From a virus: a stretch of DNA of 43,711 nucleotides. Where the stretch lies: the IMG/VR virus record IMGVR_UViG_3300045988_142367. The stretch is one strand, 5' to 3'. Below are positions 26,503-35,747 of this stretch, piece by piece (the stretch's first letter is position 1; the number at the start of each line of letters is the position of its first letter). Below the pieces are notes generated by a model. The model worked only from the letters and a program-made list of their open reading frames with translations. It was not told where the DNA came from and did not search any database. The position numbers were made by a program, and so were the translations under genes.

Positions 26503-28299
26503 TCAGTCCTTGTTTTTCCCGACCGCACGAGGATCCGTCGCCGAGGACGGCAGCATCGTCTTGCCGCTGGCCACGCCTCTGAGTTGCTTGGTCATCACAA
26601 GATACTTGAATGAGTCTGATGGGTTGGTGGACTCCGTAGGCAGCTGCTCCACCGGTAACTTCTCGCTTTTCTTATCCTTGAACACAACCCCGTTCCTGAC
26701 CACAGTCCTTGCCTTTTCCAATGACAGCTTCAGATGCTTGGCCGCATACGCGTCGATGCGAATCACCGGCAACCGTGGATTACGCTCACTCATTATCTCC
26801 TGCATAAATGAATATTCCTCCGGCTGCCCGATGTTGCCCTGGTTGATGGACATAAGCTGCACCGTCCACCCTGTACGGCGGCCGGATTCATCATATTCAA
26901 TAGCCTTCTTTAACTTGCCGACCTGATCCTCACCCACGGACTTGTAGGAGTTGCCTGCACGGTCATAGTACAGCATCAGGGTCTTGCGCCTCACAGGTGC
27001 GAAGAAGGCGCGGAACTTCTCTCCAAGGTCAGGGACATATTCAGGCGCAAGAGTGTAGAGGAACTTCACAACACGTAGGCACGAGCGTCCCTTCTCGGTG
27101 TCATTCTGGGCAATGGACATCGAGCACATATTCCCGAAATCCACTCCTGCGATGAGCGGTTTGTCCAGATCGAGATATTTCAGCACCCTGCAATCCTCCT
27201 GATCAAGCAGTCCGAATCCATCGTAGGCTTCCTCATCCGTGCCATCATAATAGAAGTGGCGTTCACTCAAGGAGGTGTAGAAGCGGTCGCCTGATTCCAG
27301 GGACGGGCGCATAGAGAGGATGGCCGTGTTCAGATCAGGAAGCTTACCCGAGATGGCATCCCCGAACCACTGCTCTGTGAGGATGTCCACATTGATGTAG
27401 GATGATGCCAGCATGAAGAAAGTCCTGGCTTCCTTACGCATCCTAAGTTCAGTCCATCGGGCTTTCCACTGTTCGGCCACACGGCATTTGCTGCGATAGA
27501 CGTTCAGGTCATCGGCACTGTGGGTTTTCAACCACTTGTCCTTGGCGGCGGCAGCCTCGTGCAGGCATTCGTTATAGACCAGGCCGGCTTTCAGCACAAG
27601 CACGATGGCCGGGATGTCCATATTGTGGGCATATTTCAGGATCCAGTCATATTCCCCGATGTGCGTGGTGTCCGGCATATCGGTGGTGAAACTGAATCCT
27701 CGGTAGAAGACACTGTGACCATATTCCTGCCTGTAGCCACGGACTGCCTTCAGCAGGTTGGAGATCTTGTCTTCCCGGAAATATTTCACCTCATCCCCGA
27801 AGCAGAACACGTAGGAGGCTCCGGCAAGGGTGGCCGGGCGGTCAAGGGAACCGAACCGGATGTTGGTGCCGGTGTAGAAGATGATCGTGCGTTTGTAGGA
27901 GACCAGTTTGTTGAAAGGTTTCCAGAAATGTGGTTTGAGCCAGTCCGGGAGACCAGCCTTTTCCGCATCTGTAAAGGTGGGCGGCTCCTTCTCGATGACA
28001 TAGTGGACTCCTTCACGCAGGCCTTTGCGCTCCAGTCCCTCCAGAACGGAAGGGAGGATGTTGGCGTTCAGGTTCGTGAACGTGTCGGCCACCCAGACCA
28101 CGGGCGCGCCAGGCATGTCATAGATGACATCCAGCAGTCTTTCGGCCTGGATGTCGGTTGTCTTGGCTCCGCCACGCCCCACGACATTGAGGTTCTGACA
28201 GGCGCCGGCCAGCGACACGATCTGGGCGAAAGGGTTCTGGTACTGGACGGAGGCGGCTTGTGTGGATTCAGGTTTAACTCTCTTCCTTTGCATCCTCAA
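26503..28299 (-). CDS. terL: Terminase large subunit
   Basis: Walker A-like VVGRGGAKTT, Walker B-like YVFCFGDEV, and a C-terminal RNase H-like nuclease start IAGVDFGN. Confidence 0.85.
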   Translation of the reverse strand: MRMQRKRVKPESTQAASVQYQNPFAQIVSLAGACQNLNVVGRGGAKTTDIQAERLLDVIYDMPGAPVVWVADTFTNLNANILPSVLEGLERKGLREGVHYVIEKEPPTFTDAEKAGLPDWLKPHFWKPFNKLVSYKRTIIFYTGTNIRFGSLDRPATLAGASYVFCFGDEVKYFREDKISNLLKAVRGYRQEYGHSVFYRGFSFTTDMPDTTHIGEYDWILKYAHNMDIPAIVLVLKAGLVYNECLHEAAAAKDKWLKTHSADDLNVYRSKCRVAEQWKARWTELRMRKEARTFFMLASSYINVDILTEQWFGDAISGKLPDLNTAILSMRPSLESGDRFYTSLSERHFYYDGTDEEAYDGFGLLDQEDCRVLKYLDLDKPLIAGVDFGNMCSMSIAQNDTEKGRSCLRVVKFLYTLAPEYVPDLGEKFRAFFAPVRRKTLMLYYDRAGNSYKSVGEDQVGKLKKAIEYDESGRRTGWTVQLMSINQGNIGQPEEYSFMQEIMSERNPRLPVIRIDAYAAKHLKLSLEKARTVVRNGVVFKDKKSEKLPVEQLPTESTNPSDSFKYLVMTKQLRGVASGKTMLPSSATDPRAVGKNKD

Positions 28300-29197
28300 G
28301 GTATTTTACGATGTCGAGATCAACGATGCCTGCATCGGTCCTGAGCCGTCTCTTGACGGACTCCGGAGCGACCACGGTGTCAATCTGCCTTTCCAGCTCA
28401 TCACGGTTGGCTGCCGGAAGTCCGATGGATTCTGGCGTTGCGGAAAGCAGACGGAACATCGGCTGGTAGATTTCAGCCGGAAGCTTGGCCGGATCATCTT
28501 TGTCCAGCTGGAGGGCACGAGCCTTGTTGGCAAGGATGTCAGCGGCCACGGCATAGTCCTTCGATGTCTTGGCGGCGTCCCTCGCGGCGACATAGAGTGT
28601 GTCGAACTGATCCGCCATCTTGTTGCGCATCGCCTCTTTGGAGACCTTACGGTTGCAGAAGAAGAGCTCCACGGCTTCTGAATATATGTCCGCGGCACGC
28701 TGGTAGGGGATGCAGAAAGGGGCGCTGGTCAGGAACTTGATCGTCCTCCTTTTGCCATACTGGCCGTCCAATGAATATATCAGCGTCAGCAGGTCTATGT
28801 AGATCTGTTCCTTGTCGGAAAGGTTGCCCTTTGATCCGGAAGCAATATATTCCTGAATCTTCTCGAACGCGCCTTCTTTCTCGGCACCGCCGAACAGATC
28901 CAGCTTTGAGATGGTGAAACTTTTGTCCCGGACGATGTCGCGGAACTGCTCGACGGAGTCGGCGTCGCCACCCATAGCTCCACGCACAACGGCAAGTTCG
29001 ATCTTGGCCCTCTTCTCCAGCTGGCCGCGTTTGATGGCGTTGCTGATCCGCTGATCATCTATCGTGACGGGATCAGCCAAGATGACATCCAATTGCCTTT
29101 CTGTGATGTCAAGGAATCCGGCCAGTTCGGCATCAGTCCAGCCGATGGCCGCAAGGGATGAAAGATCATCGAGAAGTTCGGTAGTCAGTTCCTTCAT
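28274..29197 (-). CDS. terS: Terminase small subunit candidate
   Basis: 307-aa ORF immediately upstream of terL and overlapping it. N-terminal HTH-like segment IGWTDAELAGFLDITERQLDVIL. Confidence 0.6.
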   Translation of the reverse strand: MKELTTELLDDLSSLAAIGWTDAELAGFLDITERQLDVILADPVTIDDQRISNAIKRGQLEKRAKIELAVVRGAMGGDADSVEQFRDIVRDKSFTISKLDLFGGAEKEGAFEKIQEYIASGSKGNLSDKEQIYIDLLTLIYSLDGQYGKRRTIKFLTSAPFCIPYQRAADIYSEAVELFFCNRKVSKEAMRNKMADQFDTLYVAARDAAKTSKDYAVAADILANKARALQLDKDDPAKLPAEIYQPMFRLLSATPESIGLPAANRDELERQIDTVVAPESVKRRLRTDAGIVDLDIVKYLEDAKEES

Positions 29198-29855
29198 ATT
29201 CTTTAATCATTCGGTTTATCTCATCGAGCGTCATCTTCAGGCGGGAAAGCCTTTCCTCTCTTGACACTTTCAGGTCAGGGCGGTCGCCTTTCTTGATTTC
29301 CCGCTCCGCGCGCCAGATGGAATCCTGGACATTGCGCCTTTTCCGGATTAGCTCGGTGATCGGCATTCGTCTCAGATTATCCAGTTTCTTTGTCAAGGCG
29401 AAAATCGGATGTTTGCCAAGAATCCGGTGATGCTCCTTGTAGTATTGAAATTCAGTGCGGGAAACTGAATTTTGATAAAAATTTCTTACCGTTTTTTCCG
29501 CGGCCTCGAAGCACTCTTCCGGAGTGGTGCATTTGAACAGATCCTCGTGGGCGTTGACATAGTTGTGCCACGATGTGATCATATCCGCGGCAAGGGCCTT
29601 CAGTTCGGTCGGGCAATCAGGTTCGGAGAGGAACGGCCAGTCTTCCCGGAACCGCCCGCCTTTCGTCAATGTCTGCGAGAACGGAACCTCTGTGGCGAAC
29701 GGAAGCAAAGCTTTCTTCAGGAGGTGTGAATATTCCTTCGGCGCTTTCCTGACAAGAGCGTCGAGCCACTTGTTGGGCGCGTATATGCTCAAGAGCCGAA
29801 GTCCTTCAGTGACCTCGGCTCCCGAACATATCCATCTGTCAATCTCGTTACTCAT
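29166..29855 (-). CDS. Hypothetical protein
   Basis: 229-aa ORF, overlapped at both ends by its neighbours. Confidence 0.55.
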   Translation of the reverse strand: MSNEIDRWICSGAEVTEGLRLLSIYAPNKWLDALVRKAPKEYSHLLKKALLPFATEVPFSQTLTKGGRFREDWPFLSEPDCPTELKALAADMITSWHNYVNAHEDLFKCTTPEECFEAAEKTVRNFYQNSVSRTEFQYYKEHHRILGKHPIFALTKKLDNLRRMPITELIRKRRNVQDSIWRAEREIKKGDRPDLKVSREERLSRLKMTLDEINRMIKEYEGTDYRTSR

Positions 29856-30459
29856 TCAGCAGGTACTGGTCAATCAGATGTGTGATGGCCGCATAGCCTT
29901 GAGGAGTGGCGAACACGAACTTCTTGCGGACGAACGCCTCGATGACAAGATGTTCGCAAGGATTCGCGCGATAGACCGGAGTCACGATGTTGCCGAACCG
30001 GAATCCGGCCTCGATTGGTCTATGGAGATTCTTCTTGAAGTAGTCCTTCAGGAACTCCTCCGCTGTCTGGTTTTCCGCTGGAAGCGCGTCCACGAGTTTC
30101 TCCTTGGAGAACGGTTTCGGCAGCCTTTCGCTGAAAACCTTGTTGCCTTGAACGTCAAGGAACACAAGCGGTGTGGCCAGTTCTCCGATGGAAATCTTGG
30201 CGCAAGGAACGCAGTTGGCCGGCACGAGGATGAAATCATCGGAGATATTGTTGTCGGCGATGATTCCGGCAAGAATGTCACGGATGTCAGCGTCCGGTTC
30301 AACCGTGATGACAACAGGCTTGACACCTGTCATCTTCTCCCAGGCTTTGGACAACTGGCCGTCCGTGCCCTCGTAGGCACAGACAACCAGATTCGTTCCG
30401 CCGCTTACAGGGTTGCCCGCAACCTTGCCTTCGACGGCTTTTGTGTCGATCTTAGACAT
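29848..30459 (-). CDS. Hypothetical head-module protein
   Basis: 203-aa ORF downstream of the capsid genes. Confidence 0.55.
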   Translation of the reverse strand: MSKIDTKAVEGKVAGNPVSGGTNLVVCAYEGTDGQLSKAWEKMTGVKPVVITVEPDADIRDILAGIIADNNISDDFILVPANCVPCAKISIGELATPLVFLDVQGNKVFSERLPKPFSKEKLVDALPAENQTAEEFLKDYFKKNLHRPIEAGFRFGNIVTPVYRANPCEHLVIEAFVRKKFVFATPQGYAAITHLIDQYLLNE

Positions 30460-30462
30460 CCG

Positions 30463-31020
30463 CTAAGCTCCTCCGGTCGCGCTTGTGGCGTCCTCGGCGA
30501 TCTCCGGCATCTCTCCGGCATATTCACCGGCCAGGAACTTGTCAGGCAACGCCTGCTTCCAGGTAAGAGTCCTCTTGGTCGCCTCACCGTCCATCTTGGT
30601 CTCAAGAGACAACCTGAGCGGGTTGCAGACACGTCCCATAATCTGAGGACGGCCAGCAGTTGTTCCGTCGCACTCCTGCACGATGGCGATCACGCCACGG
30701 TTCTTGAAGATCTCGATGAAATTCTTGATGGCCACTGAGTTGCCCGGGTGGTCGAACACGATACCGGTCTTGATTCCCTCGGCGTCCGGATCTCCGGAAA
30801 GTTCCTCGGTGACCTGAATCGTGGAAGCCGTGGCATAGATGGAGATTGCCTTTGCGCCGGTCTTCAATGTGAGGTCTCCAGTTACAACGCAGTTACCAAC
30901 CTCTCTTGTCGGTTCGCTGGCGACATCCTCCACATCTACGAGGATGATCTGTGATTTTCTGGTGGCGGCGCAACCAGCGCCGTCACCAGGTCTTGGAATT
31001 GATGATTTAACGTAAGCCAT
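30463..31020 (-). CDS. Hypothetical head-module protein (decoration or connector position)
   Basis: 185-aa ORF directly after the major capsid gene. Confidence 0.55.
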   Translation of the reverse strand: MAYVKSSIPRPGDGAGCAATRKSQIILVDVEDVASEPTREVGNCVVTGDLTLKTGAKAISIYATASTIQVTEELSGDPDAEGIKTGIVFDHPGNSVAIKNFIEIFKNRGVIAIVQECDGTTAGRPQIMGRVCNPLRLSLETKMDGEATKRTLTWKQALPDKFLAGEYAGEMPEIAEDATSATGGA

Positions 31021-31040
31021 AATTCACGCTTGTTATTTGG

Positions 31041-32606
31041 TTATGCACCGCCTTGACCCTGATCCGGGTTGGTATCTGAACCCTGATCCGGGTTGGTATC
31101 TGAACCCTGATCCTTGGTGTTGTCAGCAGCCTTCTTTCCGTTCTCCCACTTGTCGGTGTCCGGAACATCGGAGACGATGCTCTCGACAGGAGTGTAGCCA
31201 TCAGGCACGGCGGCATACACGGCCTCGGCGATCTTGAAGCCCGTAGAGAGGGAGTACTCGCCGAACACCTTCACATCGTAGTTCTGCTCCTCGATCTTGA
31301 CGATGCAGTTCTCCGCCTTGGAGAGGTCAACCAGCTCCACGAAGTTCTCCTTTGGAGTCGCGAAGATGATAGGGGAGTTGTACATCGATTTCAGAGGTAC
31401 GAGGTGGAAGTTGGTGAAGCGGATGCTTCCGTCATTCTCCACGCCGGTGTACTTGCCGTTGACGGCGAAGTCCGCCCTCTTGTAGCGGGTGAGCAGCTGC
31501 TCGGAGCAGTGGATGGTCACGATGTGTGCGAACAGTCCGGAGATGCTGTCCACGAAGCCGTTGATGTAGGCGAGGAGCTCGGAGTCCGACATCGCCATCG
31601 GGTCGGCTGCTGCCTTGTAGTAGTTGATCTTGCAGTTCTCATCGGACTTGCCCTCCACAAGGATGGTCTCGAAACCGTCCATCGAGTTCTTGGCGGCCTT
31701 GCCCGCGTCACCGTCAGCGACAACGCCAGCATCGATGAACTTACCCTTTGCGATCATCGAGATGGTGATGTCATCCAGCACCTTAGGCAGGATGTGGTTC
31801 TCGATGATGTAGCGGGTGATAGGCATATCCGCCATGGTCTTGCCCTGCTCGTAGAGATAGAGCAGCCAGCTCTTGAGCACATCGGCCGGCTGGATCAGCA
31901 CGTTCAGCTTGTGACGGCGATAAGGAATCCTGATCGGAGTGAAATGGGGCGATCCCTTAGGAGTCCATTTCGGTGTGAACTGCTGGGAGACCTCTGACAT
32001 GATGGCCGCGCTTGCGATGTAGTCCGTGTTGGACTGGATGCGGGTCATATGCTTGGCGTCATCGAATCCGTTGTAGATCCTCTTGTTAAGGAGCTCTAAC
32101 TTCATCTTAGGAGGCATCGTCATCTTGAACTCGGCGTTGAGATCCGTGATGTCGATAGATGCGTCTTCCATCGCCGTGAAAGCGTAAGGATTGACGGAAT
32201 CAAGGGCTTCCTTCACGATCTTGTTGTGTGCCGCCGCCATATTGATGGCAAAGACCTTGGCCTCCTTGGACGCAGGAACTGCCGTGGCAGCCGGCTTAGG
32301 CTCCGGCTCGGAAGCCAATGAGACAACGTCATTCTGTAGTTTCTCGATCTGTGCTGTCAGCGCGGCTGTTGCTTCCGCCGTCTTGGCGGCTACAGCCGCG
32401 TCGAAAAGGGTCACGGCATCACCCTCCACATCGAGGTTGATGCTTTCCAGTTTGTCGAGAAAGTCCTGGCCGTAGTTCTCCAGAACCTTCTGCCGCTCCT
32501 GATCGGAAAGGGAAACCTTGCCGTCCTTGACGTCAAGCTCGCTCTTGCCGAAGAGACGGGCCACAAGTCGGCCCATCTTGGAATTGTTGAGAGTTTTCTT
32601 ATCCAT
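31041..32606 (-). CDS. Major capsid protein with an N-terminal coiled-coil scaffold-like (delta) region
   Basis: 521 aa, directly downstream of the S49 protease. N-terminal approx 120 aa are Ala/Glu-rich coiled coil. The C-terminus ends in DQGSDTNP repeats. Confidence 0.75.
   Translation of the reverse strand: MDKKTLNNSKMGRLVARLFGKSELDVKDGKVSLSDQERQKVLENYGQDFLDKLESINLDVEGDAVTLFDAAVAAKTAEATAALTAQIEKLQNDVVSLASEPEPKPAATAVPASKEAKVFAINMAAAHNKIVKEALDSVNPYAFTAMEDASIDITDLNAEFKMTMPPKMKLELLNKRIYNGFDDAKHMTRIQSNTDYIASAAIMSEVSQQFTPKWTPKGSPHFTPIRIPYRRHKLNVLIQPADVLKSWLLYLYEQGKTMADMPITRYIIENHILPKVLDDITISMIAKGKFIDAGVVADGDAGKAAKNSMDGFETILVEGKSDENCKINYYKAAADPMAMSDSELLAYINGFVDSISGLFAHIVTIHCSEQLLTRYKRADFAVNGKYTGVENDGSIRFTNFHLVPLKSMYNSPIIFATPKENFVELVDLSKAENCIVKIEEQNYDVKVFGEYSLSTGFKIAEAVYAAVPDGYTPVESIVSDVPDTDKWENGKKAADNTKDQGSDTNPDQGSDTNPDQGQGGA
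31057..31116. repeat. 24-bp tandem repeat CCCTGATCCGGGTTGGTATCTGAA, two full copies plus a partial one
   Basis: Units at 31057-31080 and 31081-31104, with a partial unit at 31105-31116. Encodes the NPDQGSDT repeats at the capsid C-terminus. Confidence 0.95.
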
Positions 32607-32621
32607 TATGAAAAAGATTGG

Positions 32622-33467
32622 TTAAATGCTTGCAAGTGCGAAGACCGCATCTATTGTCTCGTGGAGGGTCTTCCTGGCATCCGCCATGTTCAGGCGCAGC
32701 GCGTCGGCGGTGAGGAACATCTTTCCCGAGAGAACCCCGTCCTGATCCTTGTGGATGGTAGGCCTTCCGGCCACGACGGCATCCCTGAACTGATCCACCA
32801 GCGGCTTCAGCTCGGCCTTCGCCGCCTCGAACCTTCCGGAAAGAGCCTCCCTGTAGGCGAAGTTCTTGTCCGGAGACTCCTCGGCATAGATGACAATTGT
32901 CTTCTCTCCGGTGGTAGGATTGGCAGCCGTGCTGTCGATGAACACGGCCATGGCTCCGATGGAGCCGACCTCGGAAAGGTCGTTGTCCATGTAGATGGCG
33001 TCACATTGGGAGGCCACCCAGTAGGCGGCGGAGGCACAGCAGTCCACATGTGCGTAGACCGGCTTTCCGGCGGCCTTCGCGTGGCTGATCGCCTCGATCA
33101 TCGGAGGGATGGCAGACGAACTGCCGCCGGGAGAGTCTATGTCCAGGATTATGCCGATGACATTTTCGTCATCGGCCATCTCCCGGAGCCTTTTAGCTAT
33201 GAACGTTGTCCCGTAACTTTCGCAGGTGTCGTACTTGGTCATCGTGCCGTGAAGAGGGATGATGGCCACACGCTTGGCCTTTTCCGGCAGAGCACCGGAG
33301 TCGGAGACCGTGGTGACGCTTGCCGACTTCACCTCCATCTCAACCGGAGTCTTGCTGAGGAAAGCACGAGCGATAGGAAGCAGCTGCTCCGGATTGGAGA
33401 CCAGCCACTTTCCCTGAACGATGTCCCTTGCCAGTTGGAATGTGTCTGCTTTCATCTTGTTAATCAA
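32622..33467 (-). CDS. Prohead protease, peptidase S49 (SppA/ClpP-related) family
   Basis: IGIILDIDSPGGSSSAIPPMIEAISHAKAAGKPVYAHVDCCASAAYWVASQCD...VGSIGA is the S49 core pattern. Confidence 0.85.
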   Translation of the reverse strand: MINKMKADTFQLARDIVQGKWLVSNPEQLLPIARAFLSKTPVEMEVKSASVTTVSDSGALPEKAKRVAIIPLHGTMTKYDTCESYGTTFIAKRLREMADDENVIGIILDIDSPGGSSSAIPPMIEAISHAKAAGKPVYAHVDCCASAAYWVASQCDAIYMDNDLSEVGSIGAMAVFIDSTAANPTTGEKTIVIYAEESPDKNFAYREALSGRFEAAKAELKPLVDQFRDAVVAGRPTIHKDQDGVLSGKMFLTADALRLNMADARKTLHETIDAVFALASI

Positions 33468-33513
33468 TGTTTACGCAAAGATACCAGCGAGACACCCGTA
33501 AGGAAAGGACACG

Positions 33514-33834
33514 CTAAAAGACAGGGAATTGATACGAGCTGGACAGCTTCATGGTGTTGGTTTCGTTGACCTCGAAGGCAAGAGGCAAGTCCTCGGTGCC
33601 GTAAGTCTCATCGTCCCCGTGGCAGAATCCTACCTTTAATATAAGGTTGTCCCTCATAATCTCCGAGGACTCCGAAAGCGTGGCGTTGATCTTGACGGTG
33701 GCCAGCCTCCCGGCATCCTCCGTCTTCTCCGACCGCTCGATGGTGGCGGTCCCTGGAACGAGCGCAAGTTTATGCCAGACTCCATCCTGTCTGTCAAGGC
33801 TCTGGGCCTGCAATGAGTCAATGATTCTGATCAT
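33514..33834 (-). CDS. Hypothetical protein
   Basis: 106-aa ORF upstream of the protease gene. Confidence 0.5.
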   Translation of the reverse strand: MIRIIDSLQAQSLDRQDGVWHKLALVPGTATIERSEKTEDAGRLATVKINATLSESSEIMRDNLILKVGFCHGDDETYGTEDLPLAFEVNETNTMKLSSSYQFPVF

Positions 33835-34369
33835 CTTTCAATCCGTTTATGTTTATACTGCTGTTGATGTAATCCACCTTGTTGATAAGTTTCTTCACCA
33901 GTTTGTCCAGCGTCTGTTGCGATTGCCTGTAGATCCTCTTGTGCAGCGCGTCGAAATAGTCGGTGCTGAACAATCCCCTCGACACGATGAACGCAGTGAC
34001 TATGTCCTTCTTCTGGACTCCGAGCTCGTAGCCGGCAAGGTAGTACTGCTTGAGCTCGATGTAAAAGAAGGCGTTGATCGCCATATTCAACGCCACCGTG
34101 CTGTACTTGTCATAATAAAGGAACTTATCCCTCATAGGAGCCGTGGCGATGTCGCTTGGCAACTCCAGATCCACGACCTTGTCGCCTTCCAGAGCCACCG
34201 GACCCTCCGCCACCTTGCAATGAGCCACGAGAAGCCTGCCTATGCTGTTTCGGGCATAGACTTTCAGAGGCCCGCCCGGACTGTCAGGCGGGAACAGGTA
34301 AGCCAGATAATCCGCCATCATCGGCGAATCCACTTTCAATTTGACATCGAGCATTTCACAGTTCATCAA
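33818..34369 (-). CDS. Hypothetical protein, first gene downstream of the iteron field (possible late regulator)
   Basis: 183-aa ORF; function inferred from position only. Confidence 0.5.
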   Translation of the reverse strand: MMNCEMLDVKLKVDSPMMADYLAYLFPPDSPGGPLKVYARNSIGRLLVAHCKVAEGPVALEGDKVVDLELPSDIATAPMRDKFLYYDKYSTVALNMAINAFFYIELKQYYLAGYELGVQKKDIVTAFIVSRGLFSTDYFDALHKRIYRQSQQTLDKLVKKLINKVDYINSSININGLKDDQNH

Positions 34370-34400
34370 ATATTATAGCCACATTTTTCGCAAAAACAGC

Positions 34401-34686
34401 AACTACACCAACTACACTTGAAGCTATGTTTGATTTTCAATGAGTTAACCAAAAACGAGGTGTAGTTGACCCTCGAAAATGTGTAGTTAGTGTAGTTGGA
34501 GTCACCGCAAGTGTAGTTGAATGTAGTTGGAGTGTAGTTCTTCAACTACACCGCAACTACACCTTATTTCGTTAATATTCATTCATTTACTTCAAGTGTA
34601 GTTAGTGTAGTTAGTGTAGTTGGGGTTTTTCGTTTCCTCAGCAAAATAATTTTTCACTAATTTACGTAATTTATTGAAGAACTACA
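34401..34686. repeat. Iteron field: 13-14 copies of GTGTAGTT / AACTACAC in both orientations, followed by an AT-rich tract
   Basis: Forward AACTACAC at 34401, 34410, 34544 and 34555. Reverse GTGTAGTT at 34460, 34481, 34490, 34511, 34521 (ATGTAGTT), 34532, 34596, 34605 and 34614. A variant lies at 34680. Confidence 0.9.
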
Positions 34687-34954
34687 ATAGATAACTCAAT
34701 ATAAACATTTGTTCTATTTAAAAGTATGTAAAAATAGTTATTTTACTTGTGCCAAATTTTGGCACAACCACTCCGATTTTCCTCATTTTCCCCATTTCCC
34801 CCGAAAATCATCCTCTTGGTGAAAATCGTAAGCAAATGCCGCTATTTCGCTTCCGCTTTTTGATTGGTTATTATAAAATCGCCGTTTCACACACTTGTTT
34901 CCAATAAAAATCGTAAGTAATTAATGAAATATCAGCGACTCTTCCTGTATGACA

Positions 34955-34986
34955 CAAAAAAAAGGCGGCGTCCATACGGATGCCGC
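34955..34986 (-). terminator. Rho-independent terminator downstream of hicB
   Basis: Minus strand reads GGCGGCATCC-GTAT-GGACGCCGCC followed by T8 (the plus-strand A8 run at 34955-34962). Confidence 0.8.
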
Positions 34987-35036
34987 CGCGCCTGTCGGTG
35001 AATGAGATACTCGCCTTATCCTGAGTCAGGTTGCAA

Positions 35037-35441
35037 TCAGGCGAATTTGACAGACGATAGTTCTTGGCTGAAGTTCTTTATGCCCTCCTCGATTTTCTTC
35101 ACGGTCTTCGGGGAAGGATGCCTGTAGCCGCTGATGTAGTGGCTAAGAATGGTCTGGCTCACTCCGGTTACTTTCTCCAGTCCGGCAAGCGTTAGGATAA
35201 ACGCATATTGTTGGAGGAAAGAGGGAACGTCGTTGTAGAACTCAAAATCGACATCCGGACACTCTTTGCCCTCTTCCGCAAGCATCTGCTTTGCCTCCTC
35301 ATAAGAGTTGTAAAAGTCCTCTATGGCTTCTTTGGCTGTCTTGCCTTGACCGAGAAGTCCGAATGGAATCGCTTTGTTATACTCCATTGTTGCGTCGAAG
35401 GTTCCGTCCGAACCTCTCGCGATATAAACCTTTGCCTTCAT
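35037..35441 (-). CDS. hicB: HicB-family antitoxin fused to a C-terminal HTH domain
   Basis: N-terminus MKAKVYIARGSDGTFDATMEY...GQGKTAKEAIEDFYNSYEEAKQML is HicB/UPF0150-like. C-terminus LAGLEKVTGVSQTILSHYISGYRHPSPKTVKKIEEGI is HTH-like. Confidence 0.75.
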   Translation of the reverse strand: MKAKVYIARGSDGTFDATMEYNKAIPFGLLGQGKTAKEAIEDFYNSYEEAKQMLAEEGKECPDVDFEFYNDVPSFLQQYAFILTLAGLEKVTGVSQTILSHYISGYRHPSPKTVKKIEEGIKNFSQELSSVKFA

Positions 35442-35484
35442 ATCTGATTTTATTAATTAAATATTTGTTAAGCATTGGGGTGGG

Positions 35485-35683
35485 TTATAGTTCCACCCCC
35501 GATTGCTTGCTTATGTTCTCCAATGTCCGGTTCTTTCGCTTCTTGGCTGCTGTGTCGCGGTATCTGGAACTTTATTCCTGTTATCGGACTGAACCACCAG
35601 TCGTGGTTTTTACCGTGCGAGAGGAAAGAGCATCCGCCTTTCTTCAGCTTCCTTATGACTTCCGAGTATCTCTTTACCGTTAT
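35485..35683 (-). pseudogene. hicA: hicA-like toxin gene remnant: ATA in place of the start codon and a 1-nt frameshift
   Basis: My minus-strand translation gives (ATA)TVKRYSEVIRKLKKGGCSFLSHGKNHDWWFSPITGIKFQIPRHSSQEAKE. After skipping one C near 35530 it continues RTLENISKQSGVEL, then stop. There is no ATG, GTG or TTG in frame after the upstream stop. Confidence 0.6.
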
Positions 35684-35747
35684 TGTTTTGATTGCACTAC
35701 AAAGATAAGGAATTTCTTAACATTTACCAAATTTTTGGCGATTATTT

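Noticed and set aside
34401-34686. The repeat field as a CRISPR array.
   Set aside because: The repeat unit is only 8-9 bp, occurs in both orientations, and has irregular spacings of 1-40 bp. That is iteron or operator architecture, not CRISPR.
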